DNA of 21,989 nt, taken from assembly GCA_049517335.1 (NCBI GenBank), contig JBEKSD010000018.1:1-21989 (forward strand), given 5' to 3'. Position numbers and translations under genes: made by a program. The first letter of the stretch is position 1. Each line of letters begins with the position of its first letter. Below are positions 8,244 through 16,661 of the stretch, piece after piece. Below the pieces are notes generated by a model. That model had not been told where the DNA came from. It saw only the letters and a program-made list of their open reading frames with translations, and made no database searches. This stretch comes from Candidatus Omnitrophota bacterium. GTDB lineage: Bacteria; Omnitrophota; Gorgyraeia; Gygaellales; Profunditerraquicolaceae.

Positions 8244-8920
8244 AATTTTATTGTAGGATCAACTAAGCCGGCTTCGCTAAAACCTTTCTGGCGAAAATAA
8301 CAACTATCGCACTTCCCGCAAGGCTTTTTTGTCCCCCGGTAGCAGGAATGCGTCAGGTCAAAAGGGACATTTAGTTTTGCGCCTAATTTTATAATTTCCG
8401 CCTTATCCTTATTGATTAGCGGTGTTTCTATCTTTATTGGCCTCTTCTCTACTCCTCTTTTTGTGCCGCGTTTTGCCGCGATACTGAAAGCACGGTAGAA
8501 TTCCGGCCTGCAATCCGGATAACCGGAATAATCCTGCGCATGGGCTCCGATAAAAATCGCCTCAGCGCCTATGGCTTCGGCGTAAGAAAGCGCGAAACTT
8601 AAAAAAATAATATTACGGCCCGGAACATAGGTTGAAGGAATAAATTTCGTGAACCCGCGGGTTGGTGAATTCACGAGTTCCGGGATTTTTAATTTTTTAT
8701 TTAATAAACTTGAGCCCTTCCAGGGCAAATTAATCTTTATTACCTGCGCAGCAACATGCATGCAAGCGGCAACTTTTTTAGCGCATTCTATTTCCCGGTG
8801 ATGGCGCTGGCCGTAGTCAAAAATCAGGCAATTGCATTTAAAGCCTTTATTGGCGGCAAAATATAAAGTTACGGCTGAATCAAGGCCACCGGATAATAAA
8901 ACTACCGCCCTATTCTTCAT
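8240..8920 (-). CDS. queC: 7-cyano-7-deazaguanine synthase
   Basis: 'SGGLDS', 'DYGQRH', 'TYVPGRN', 'YSGYPDCR', 'SCY..CGKCDSC'. Confidence 0.97.
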   Translation of the reverse strand: MKNRAVVLLSGGLDSAVTLYFAANKGFKCNCLIFDYGQRHHREIECAKKVAACMHVAAQVIKINLPWKGSSLLNKKLKIPELVNSPTRGFTKFIPSTYVPGRNIIFLSFALSYAEAIGAEAIFIGAHAQDYSGYPDCRPEFYRAFSIAAKRGTKRGVEKRPIKIETPLINKDKAEIIKLGAKLNVPFDLTHSCYRGTKKPCGKCDSCYFRQKGFSEAGLVDPTIKL

Positions 8921-9266
8921 AACTTGCGCAGCTTGCGCTATTTTCCCAGACAGTTATGGACTTTATCTCAGGCACCTTTAGTTTAAGACGGTCATAAATA
9001 TATTTTGCAATATTCTCGGAAGTAGGATTAACTTCTTTAAAATACGGAAGTTCATTCAGATACGTATGGTCAAGTTCCTCCAAAACTTCATTTAGCCCTG
9101 ATTTCAGATATTTAAAATCAAGAAGCATGCCGGTCTTATTAAGCTTATCCTTTGCAGCCACTGCTTCTATCTTCCAGTTATGGCCATGCAGGGCCTCGCA
9201 TTTTCCTTTATACTCCCTTAAGTTATGCGCGGCGCTAAAAACCAATTCTACTTTTATGCTGTACAT
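8910..9266 (-). CDS. queD: 6-carboxy-5,6,7,8-tetrahydropterin synthase
   Basis: 'FSAAHNL..Y.GKCEALHGHNW', 'LDHTYLN', 'PTSENIA', 'VWE'. Confidence 0.95.
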   Translation of the reverse strand: MYSIKVELVFSAAHNLREYKGKCEALHGHNWKIEAVAAKDKLNKTGMLLDFKYLKSGLNEVLEELDHTYLNELPYFKEVNPTSENIAKYIYDRLKLKVPEIKSITVWENSASCASYEE

Positions 9267-9278
9267 TATCTTTTCCTT

Positions 9279-10070
9279 TTAATTTATATTAACCTTTTTT
9301 ACGTTTTTAACCGGCTCACCCAAAAACCTCTGCGCTAAGCTGCTAAACCATTCCGGGTTATCGCTGACAAAAAATTTATGCTTACCTCTGCCGTTTTTAT
9401 TCAACATATCCTCTCTAGAGAGGATATTCTTTACTTCAATGGCTACCTGTTTTGCGGAATCGATCAAAGTAACGCCCTTTCCCATTATCTTCTGGATTAC
9501 GGGCTTCAGTAACGGATAATGCGTGCATCCTAAAATTAAAGTGTCCACACCTGCATCTTTTAGCGGCTTTAAATATGTCTTTGCGACACTTGTTACTACT
9601 TCTCCTTTAAGCCAGCTTTCTTCCGCAAACGGAACAAATAAAGGACAGGCAACTGCAGTAACTTTGGCTTTGCGGTCAAGCTGCTTAATCTCCGATTCGT
9701 AAGAACGGCTTTTAATCGTGCCCTTGGTCCCGATTATGCCAATACGTTTATTTTTCGTAGCGTACAGCGCTTCGCGCGCCCCCGGGGTAAGTACGCCCAC
9801 CATCGGCACACGGAAATTATTTTTAATTACTGGTAAAGCGTAGCTTGAGACGGTATTACAGGCAACGCAAATCAGTTTTACGTCGTGTTTTAACAAAAAC
9901 AGAATATTCTCAATTGAAAAACGTATCACCGTTTCTTTAGATTTGATTCCATAGGGCACACGCGCCGTGTCCCCGAAATAAATTATGTTTTCCGAAGGCA
10001 ACTGGCGGATTAATTCCTTGACAACCGTCAAACCTCCGACCCCGGAATCAAACACTCCTATTGATTTCAC
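9279..10070 (-). CDS. murI: Glutamate racemase
   Basis: 'GVFDSGVGGLTV', 'DTARVPYG', 'VACNT', 'LGCTHYP'. Confidence 0.97.
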   Translation of the reverse strand: MKSIGVFDSGVGGLTVVKELIRQLPSENIIYFGDTARVPYGIKSKETVIRFSIENILFLLKHDVKLICVACNTVSSYALPVIKNNFRVPMVGVLTPGAREALYATKNKRIGIIGTKGTIKSRSYESEIKQLDRKAKVTAVACPLFVPFAEESWLKGEVVTSVAKTYLKPLKDAGVDTLILGCTHYPLLKPVIQKIMGKGVTLIDSAKQVAIEVKNILSREDMLNKNGRGKHKFFVSDNPEWFSSLAQRFLGEPVKNVKKVNIN

Positions 10071-11143
10071 CTTTTGGCAACCTCCATCAAATATGCTCCC
10101 TGCGCGTAATCACCTATCCCATCCATTATGGATTCGGCAATCTTCTGGCGGTAAAAAGCATTTTTTAACATGCGCTCTTCGCTTGCATTGGATAAGAACC
10201 CGGCCTCAATTAAAATTCCAGGCATCCTAATCCCCTTTAACACATAGTAACGCGCCCCCTTGACGCCATTAACCTTTATATCGCAATTGTTGTTTATGGA
10301 ACGGCAAATGGAACGGGACAATTCAATGGACTCGGCGCGGTTAAAAGTATAAATCATATCCCATAAAGTCGCTTTTAAAACCAGCGAATGGTTAGCAAGA
10401 TATGAATCTTCCAGATTTATCCCCACACTCCTTGCCGAAGTAACCGCTCTGCTTGAATCACTCACGCTAGCAGCGACATAATAAACCTCAAAACCGTTTA
10501 AGCTGCGTACGCGGTTGGCGTTGGAATGGATACTAATAAATAAATCCGCGTCCGACCTGTTGGCTATATCGACCCGGCTTTCCAGAGGGATAAACCTGTC
10601 TGTTGTGCGGGTATAAATTACCTCTACTCCTTGAGTCTTAAGCAAGTTGCCTAAACGTTTGGCTAAGTCTAAATTGACGTCTTTTTCCTTTAATCCGGTC
10701 CTGCCTATCGTGCCGGGGTCATTTCCGCCGTGCCCGGGGTCAATTACGACTTTTTTTATTCTTGAAAGGAAAACTCCTTTGGAAACAGGGTAATATTCTT
10801 TGAACAAAACGTCAATAATCTCTTCCTTAAATTTATACGGTACCACAATCGTGCCCTGATACATATCCACGGGCCGGCTTAAGCGTTGAATTCCTCCGTC
10901 AAGCAGAATTAATTCGTCGCCGACAGTCAGATTTACCGTATGCGAATCTTTTTTAAGGGTAACTGTTTTTGTAAAAGTATCATACTCCCAGTTTATACCG
11001 CGTAAATTACACAACGGGATTAATGCGTAATAAGTCGTCCCGTTTAAGCTGTAAGTCGGAATATTTTCCCTTATCGGCGCAGTGGCGCAACCGGAGAGCA
11101 AGAAAATTAAAATTATTGAAAATACAGCAAATTTTTTAGCCAT
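10067..11143 (-). CDS. N-acetylmuramoyl-L-alanine amidase (Amidase_3), predicted lipoprotein
   Basis: 'IDPGHGG.DPG', 'EKDVNL', 'SIHSNA', 'LIEAGF'. Signal MAKKFAVFSIILIFLLSGC (lipobox) from ATG 11143. An alternative in-frame ATG is at 11215. Confidence 0.92.
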   Translation of the reverse strand: MAKKFAVFSIILIFLLSGCATAPIRENIPTYSLNGTTYYALIPLCNLRGINWEYDTFTKTVTLKKDSHTVNLTVGDELILLDGGIQRLSRPVDMYQGTIVVPYKFKEEIIDVLFKEYYPVSKGVFLSRIKKVVIDPGHGGNDPGTIGRTGLKEKDVNLDLAKRLGNLLKTQGVEVIYTRTTDRFIPLESRVDIANRSDADLFISIHSNANRVRSLNGFEVYYVAASVSDSSRAVTSARSVGINLEDSYLANHSLVLKATLWDMIYTFNRAESIELSRSICRSINNNCDIKVNGVKGARYYVLKGIRMPGILIEAGFLSNASEERMLKNAFYRQKIAESIMDGIGDYAQGAYLMEVAKR

Positions 11144-11222
11144 AATGTATGTACGTGGCACTACATTGGAAAAAATTGGTGGCCATATCACTACGGCAAG
11201 GTATCTCTTATTCATAAGGCGT

Positions 11223-11251
11223 ATTATAGTCGCAATACCTTATCATATCAA
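11223..11251 (-). promoter_or_regulatory. Sigma70-type promoter of the amidase-murI-que operon
   Basis: TTGATA-17 nt-TATAAT on the minus strand. Confidence 0.75.
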
Positions 11252-11514
11252 GGAATTTTCCAGCTTAGAGATAAAATCCCTCACTGATTTTCGGACTGGT
11301 AAGCAGTCGTTTTTGAGCAATAAGCGGACAAAAAGGCTCAAAATTATGTCCGTTTTGTCAGGTATTTTTGGGCCTAAAATTGCGCAACTTATTGAGCCAT
11401 TAAGAGATAGGAATGTCTGCCTCTCTTGACCCGGACATTAGGGTTTACTGTGTAAAATTTTTTGTCCCGACCGGACACAATATTTATTTTTATTGAATAT
11501 ATCTAATATGAACT

Positions 11515-13101
11515 TTATACGTTTGGTTTATAAAAAACATACCACTTTTTATCTGGGCTAGTGTAAATTTCCTTATAACCATTGATATCAATGTTATAAA
11601 ACCAATTGTCTTGATACTTACTATTGCTCAACAGGTCACTATTAATAACTATATACTTAGTAAGTTGTCTTGCTAATAAGTCTGAATTCCATTGAAATAT
11701 AAATTTTCGGTGGGAGAAATGCGGAACAAGCTCAGAGTTTGTGGCTAATGAAGCTCCTTGAGGTATCCAGTTTAATTGTTCTAATTCCTGAATACTATTG
11801 CGTTTCTTTATTAAGGATGTGTATTTATGGAACTTATTCCCGTCAGTATTACCGGATAAAAATAATGTACTAAAGATTATTACCGATCCTAGTAGAGCAT
11901 ATTTTCCGGCAAAAACTCTAATAACTCTATTTACACCATAGATAGCGGCAATATATACAAAAGGCAAAACTCCAGCTGTATAATGGGCGCCAACACTACA
12001 CCATGCCTCCGGACCTATAAGATTCTTAAACAATGGAGCAGCAATTAATACCCAATGAATAGGGCTGAATAAACACAAAAAAGCAACCGGCCCAAGCAAT
12101 TGATATATATATTTAATATTATAACCAGTAAAAATATGCCGTGGAAGCAAGAGTGGATCATGCAAAATAGCAATAAAATTCTGCATATAAGTACTGCCAA
12201 AGGGCATCCTGTTTCCATAAAAATGTTCCCATTCAGGATTAAAATGCAATATGAATACTTTTGTAATAATAAACCAAGAAACTAATCCTGCTATGAACAA
12301 AACGACACCGCTAAGCCGTTTCTTATAAAAAAGAAAAATAAAGGCTCCAAAGGCACTTATTAAGAATGATGTGTCTTCTTTACATAAAAGAAGCGCGAAT
12401 AAACTTATGAAAAAGAACGTGTCTTCCCCTTTAAGCAGAAAGTAGTATGACCAAAAAAGTAACGGAAGAATAAAGGCCTCAGGATGAAAGTCAAAAAAGG
12501 CTATTCCGCGCAGGCCGCGACAAAAAGCAAGAGAAAAAATTAGAGAAAATATTAATATTTTATTTACGGTAACGCGCTTAGCGATTAGATAAAACGGGAA
12601 AATAGCAGACGCCAGTAATAATGCTTGCGCAAAAAATAAAATATTTACACTGGGGTATACACGATAAAAAGGCACAAATACCAACAGAATTGGCTCAAAA
12701 TGGTCTCCTAATAAATTAATGTTCCCCTTTAAAGAAGAAAACAGGAAATTATTAGAAAGGGTATTCCATATTGCTTGATCGAAAATGCCTAAATCTGTGC
12801 CGCTTGATAAACTTAAATGCCGGATGATACTTAGTGAATATAAATTTATAAAAATAACAATAAAAATTGAAGTTAAGAGTAAACGGTCATCAATCGTCAT
12901 TAGGCGGCGGAGAAAACGCGCAAATATCGCCTGGCAAAATGTCTCTTTATCAATAATATAACGCAAAGCCAATAATAATAGCATAACCGCTGCCGGACCG
13001 GCAAACGTAGGAATAAAACCAACCGGGGCTATCAAAGAAATGAGTATAGCCAGTTCACCCGCGAGAATAATGTAATCAAGTATATTAATTGCGTCTGCCA
13101 A
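11515..13101 (-). CDS. DUF2079 family polytopic membrane protein (putative GT-C glycosyltransferase)
   Basis: 'DLGIFDQAIWN', 'LGDHFEPIL', 'FDFHPE', 'KED', 'HY', 'PHFSHR'. Likely TTG start at 13101 after GGAG, overlapping the GT2 end. Confidence 0.8.
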   Translation of the reverse strand: MADAINILDYIILAGELAILISLIAPVGFIPTFAGPAAVMLLLLALRYIIDKETFCQAIFARFLRRLMTIDDRLLLTSIFIVIFINLYSLSIIRHLSLSSGTDLGIFDQAIWNTLSNNFLFSSLKGNINLLGDHFEPILLVFVPFYRVYPSVNILFFAQALLLASAIFPFYLIAKRVTVNKILIFSLIFSLAFCRGLRGIAFFDFHPEAFILPLLFWSYYFLLKGEDTFFFISLFALLLCKEDTSFLISAFGAFIFLFYKKRLSGVVLFIAGLVSWFIITKVFILHFNPEWEHFYGNRMPFGSTYMQNFIAILHDPLLLPRHIFTGYNIKYIYQLLGPVAFLCLFSPIHWVLIAAPLFKNLIGPEAWCSVGAHYTAGVLPFVYIAAIYGVNRVIRVFAGKYALLGSVIIFSTLFLSGNTDGNKFHKYTSLIKKRNSIQELEQLNWIPQGASLATNSELVPHFSHRKFIFQWNSDLLARQLTKYIVINSDLLSNSKYQDNWFYNIDINGYKEIYTSPDKKWYVFYKPNV

Positions 13102-13795
13102 AACGTCTCCCGCTAAAAATACGATACCGCAATAATTCAATAAGCTGCAGGATATATTGCAACATGACCTTACTACCAAGCTTACTCTTTCCTTTGGCGC
13201 GGTTAGAGAATATATAGGGTATTTCTTTGTAGCTTCTATATTTTGCTTTAACAAAAATTTCGAGCCCTATCTTAAAACCGCGTGGAGTTAACTTTACCCC
13301 CTCAAGACAAGACCGCCTTATGCAAAAATATCCAGATGTATTATCATGAACAGAAGTTACAAACCTCCCCAAAAGGCAAGCACCATATGAAATAATCTTT
13401 CTGGATAAAGAAAATCCGGTTGTTCCTCCTCCAGCTACATAACGGCTTGCTATCGCCAAATCATACCCTAGACTAAAATGAGTGTAAAATTCGTTGATAA
13501 GCTCTGGGGGATGGCTCCCATCAGCGTCCATGATAACAACTGCCTCACCATTAGCTGCGTTTATCCCATCAAGCACAGAAAGAGAAAGGCTGCGCGGTTT
13601 ACCGAGACGACAAATTACTTTTCCATTATTTTTTAATACATTTATTGCTATATTTACAGTCTCATCTGGGGAGGAATCATCTACAACGATTATTTCATAA
13701 GATAGGCGCACGGCATTCATCGCATCCATAGTACGAATAAGAATATCTCTAATATTTTCTGCCTCATTATAAGTAGGTATTACTATGGAAATCAT
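13085..13795 (-). CDS. GT2 polyprenol-phosphate mannose/glucose synthase (Dpm1/Ppm1-like)
   Basis: 'SIVIPTYNEAENI', 'VVDDSSPDET', 'MDADGSHPPE', 'ASRYV.GG', 'D.TSGYF', 'GKSKL'. Confidence 0.9.
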   Translation of the reverse strand: MISIVIPTYNEAENIRDILIRTMDAMNAVRLSYEIIVVDDSSPDETVNIAINVLKNNGKVICRLGKPRSLSLSVLDGINAANGEAVVIMDADGSHPPELINEFYTHFSLGYDLAIASRYVAGGGTTGFSLSRKIISYGACLLGRFVTSVHDNTSGYFCIRRSCLEGVKLTPRGFKIGLEIFVKAKYRSYKEIPYIFSNRAKGKSKLGSKVMLQYILQLIELLRYRIFSGRRFGRRN

Positions 13796-14184
13796 GATAT
13801 ATCACATGTCATTTCTGATTCGATAAATTCAATGAGAAAATGTTTCTCTTTGTCAAAATTATGTATATCATCTCGCGTCTTTCTCTTTCTTCCTCTGGGA
13901 TATTTTTATCTAATTACCAGATAATTTTTAATTTCCCTGCTTGTTTCTTGTGGCTTTTTCTTAACATTCTTTTTTATTGTACTACTAAAAAATTAATTCT
14001 CAAGAAAAGCTTTCAAGGACTTCTCTTACCAATTCACTCAGCTTCCTGCAGGTTTTCTCGATTAATTCCCTTAATCTCGCATCCTACCCTTTTTAAGTCT
14101 TAGATAATTGAAAAAATATCTCTCTATTTCCCTTGATATATCTCTGGTTTTATGCCCCTATATGTTCTGAGGAAAGTAGACAAA

Positions 14185-14394
14185 ATGAGCGAAATAATGG
14201 CACTTAAAAACGCATCGGCTGATGAGCTCCTTAAGCGATATAAAGAGCTTTATAGCGAGGGTGCTGCCAGCAATCATAGGCTTTATCTCTGGCGTAAAGT
14301 CGCTTATAAGCTGCAAGAGCGCGAATACGGCGGTTTCTCAGCCAAGGCCAAGGGTCGGCTAAAGGCGCTTATTGAAGGGTACGATCCCATCAAT
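14185..14394 (+). pseudogene. DUF2924 protein, C-terminally truncated
   Basis: 'DELLKRYKELY..SNHRLYLWRKVAYKLQEREYGGFS' matches the DUF2924 N-half. Similarity stops at 'YDPIN', where recombinase sequence begins in another frame. Confidence 0.7.
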
Positions 14395-14395
14395 T

Positions 14396-15903
14396 TTAGA
14401 CAACCAGCGCGAATCCGCGGAAAGCTACATTACCAGCCAAAAATCAGAAGGCTGGGTAGTTCTGCCCGAACGATATGATGATGGTGGTTACACAGGAGCA
14501 AACACCGAGCGCCCTGCCTTACAGAAGCTACTAGCTGATATTAAGGAAGGTAAGATTAACTGCATAGTAGTGTATAAGGTAGATAGGCTATCGCGGTCTT
14601 TGCTTGATTTTAGCCAGCTCTTAGAGTTTTTCGATGAAAATAAAGTAACGTTTGTTTCGGTAATTCAAGCCTTTAACACCAATACCTCGATGGGCAGACT
14701 TACCTTGAATATACTCCTCTATTTGCCCAGTTTGAGCGCGAGACTATTAGTGAACGCATACGTGATAAGATGATTTCTTCCAAGAAAAAAGGCAAATGGA
14801 TCGGCGGCAGGCCGTCTTTAGGATATGACATAGACAAAGTAAACAAAAGGTTGGTTATAAACTTGAAGGAAGCTGAGCTTGTAAGGAAGATATTTGACCT
14901 TTACCTTGAAAAACGCTCCCTCCTATCTGTGGCAATAGCACTCAATGAAAAGGACTACATAACAAAAAGTTACAAAACTGCAGAAGGCAGTGAATCCGGA
15001 GGTTTAAAGTTTAAGACCACAAGCATCCAGACAATCATTAAGAACCCCTTCTATATTGGCAAGGTCAACTACTCTGGAGCGCTTTATCAGGGCGAGCAGG
15101 AACGTATAATATCGGATGAGATATTTCAAAAGGCGCAAGAAATACTGGCGAACAATTATCGGGAGAGAAAATCTGTTGGTAGAGTAAAGAGTACTGGCCT
15201 GTTAAACAGCATTTTACGCTGTAAGGCCTGTGAGAGCAGCATGTACTACATATATAGCAGGAAAGGTAACCATAAATACCATTACTACCTTTGTATGAAC
15301 GCCCAAAAGCGCGGTTATAAAAGCTGCCCTACGCGCCTTATATCAGCTCAAGTTACCGAGGATAAATTTATGGAGTTTTTAAGAACGATATCTAAAGATC
15401 AAAGGATTGAAGTTAATGCCTGGGAAGCGCTAACATTAGAAGAAAGGATACCAATACTTAAATCAATCGCCAAGGTTGCGCATTACGATGCAAATAACGG
15501 AATCCTTGAGATAATGCTCCATAACAGTGACAAAAGCCACCAATTCGCGCTAAAACTGGCTGAGTTAAAACATACGCCCTTCTATCGCCAACAGGAAAAA
15601 ATAACTAAAGAACCACCTATACGCCAGAACTTAATTCTGGGATATCAAATAAGCGAGATTATCAAAGAAAAGAAATGCAGCATACAAGAAGTCGCGCATT
15701 GGACGGGAATAATTCGACCACGACTTTGCCAGTTTGTAAACATGCTCTTACTCTCCCCTAAAATTCAGGAAGAAATCCTGTTATCCGAAGAGAAAGCACT
15801 TTTTAATATCCCGGAATACAAACTGCGCGATATCATAGCAGAGATAGACTGGAACTCACAACAAAAACTCTGGAATAACCTCCTGGAATCCCACCAAAAA
15901 TAG
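14396..15903 (+). pseudogene. Large serine recombinase, N-terminally deleted and frameshifted
   Basis: 'LDNQRES..YDDGGYTG..RPALQKLL..VYKVDRLSRS..MGRLTLNILL', then after a 1-nt loss at ~14720 'FAQFERETISERIRDK..GKWIGG', a recombinase domain and a Zn ribbon 'CKAC..YYLC..C'. The catalytic Y-x-R-x-S segment is absent. Confidence 0.88.
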
Positions 15904-16006
15904 CCAGTAACTAGAAATAAATTAGCCAAGAATATTGCCAAATCCTAGTTACTGACTTATTTAGTCTCATAAATTACCACAATAATGGCCCAAAAGCCAG
16001 TAACTA
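15902..16006. repeat. Direct and inverted AGCCAGTAACTA repeats (att-like)
   Basis: agccagtaacta at 15902-15913 and 15995-16006. Inverted copy ctagttactgact at 15945-15957. Confidence 0.7.
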
Positions 16007-16161
16007 CAGGGCACCTCTAAAAAGCTAAAATAGAGATAAATAGCGCTTTTTTGGAGATTAGTTGGCTTGTTCTGCAGAAATTTTAATCACTAAAAGAGAA
16101 GGATGTTCAAAACTAGCGTTCCCGTCGGAAAACAATGTCCTAACTCTTTGATACGTAAAGA

Positions 16162-16201
16162 CAAACAAAAAGCTCTGATTGATTTAATCGATCAGAGCTT
16201 T
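16162..16201 (-). terminator. Intrinsic terminator downstream of ssrA
   Basis: AAAGCTCTGAT...ATCAGAGCTTT stem running into TTTTTGTTT on the minus strand. A second small hairpin ctctctc/gagagag is at 16206-16229. Confidence 0.75.
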
Positions 16202-16236
16202 AGGCCTCTCTCCTTTATGGATGAGAGAGAAATTTT

Positions 16237-16647
16237 TGGTGGAGGTGGGCGGAATTGAACCGCCGTCCCTAAGTGATCAGATAAAAGCCGCTACATGTTT
16301 AGTCTGTCTTTTATGCTTAATCTTATGTACTCCGGTAGACAGGATTACATAAGACGCAGCCTTTTATAGATCTCGCCCCGTCCTTAAAGGCTATAAACGG
16401 AGCCAGCCTGTTACCGGCTCTCAATCAGGCCACAGGCTCACCTGAAAGAGAGGCTCACCTTTTTAGAAAGGTGAGACAGCATACATCGGTACTCCCGCTG
16501 GAACCATTGCTGGTCTCAGTGAGGATACTGATGTCAACGTAGATCTCTCTGCGTTTAGTTTTTGCACGGATTGATAACGCGGCTAACCATGCGTCCGCGA
16601 CATGCTGCTTTTACCCGACTCTCCTTAAGTCGAGCCCATTCACCCCC
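16237..16647 (-). ncRNA. ssrA: tmRNA (one-piece, 411 nt)
   Basis: 5' GGGGGTG pairs with 3' CACCTCC-ACCA, with a G3:U wobble. T arm GGCGG-TTCAATT-CCGCC. pk1 CGCGG/CCGCG + GCATGG/CCGTGC. Directly downstream of smpB. Confidence 0.97.
16463..16552 (-). other. tmRNA tag reading frame (A)AERSTLTSVSSLRPAMVPAGVPMYAVSPF*
   Basis: Resume codon GCA after AAAAACTAAAC, just 3' of pk1. 29 codons to TAA, which sits in the loop of hairpin CTCACCTTT/AAAGGTGAG. Confidence 0.85.
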
Positions 16648-16661
16648 AAATTATTCAAATC

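Larger units (their letters stand above)
11260..16236. mobile_element. Degenerate genomic island downstream of ssrA (large serine recombinase type); boundaries approximate
   Basis: Recombinase and DUF2924 remnants on the opposite strand to the core genes, visibly AT-richer cargo, position at the tmRNA 3' end. No duplicated ssrA fragment found. Confidence 0.7.

Noticed and set aside
7183-9266. queDCEF as a Dpd-type 7-deazaguanine DNA modification or defence system
   Set aside because: No dpdA/tgtA5 or dpdB-K genes; it is embedded in a housekeeping operon.
11171-11182. aaaaattggtgg resembles the ssrA 3' end (tttttggtgg)
   Set aside because: Only ~7 bp identity and it lies downstream of the amidase promoter, in core sequence.
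13102-13254. N-terminal 51 aa of the 579-aa ORF
   Set aside because: Overlaps the GT2 coding region extensively; TTG 13101 with GGAG is a better start.
14714-14730. Programmed frameshift in the recombinase
   Set aside because: No slippery heptamer or stimulatory hairpin, and the catalytic N-terminus is missing anyway.
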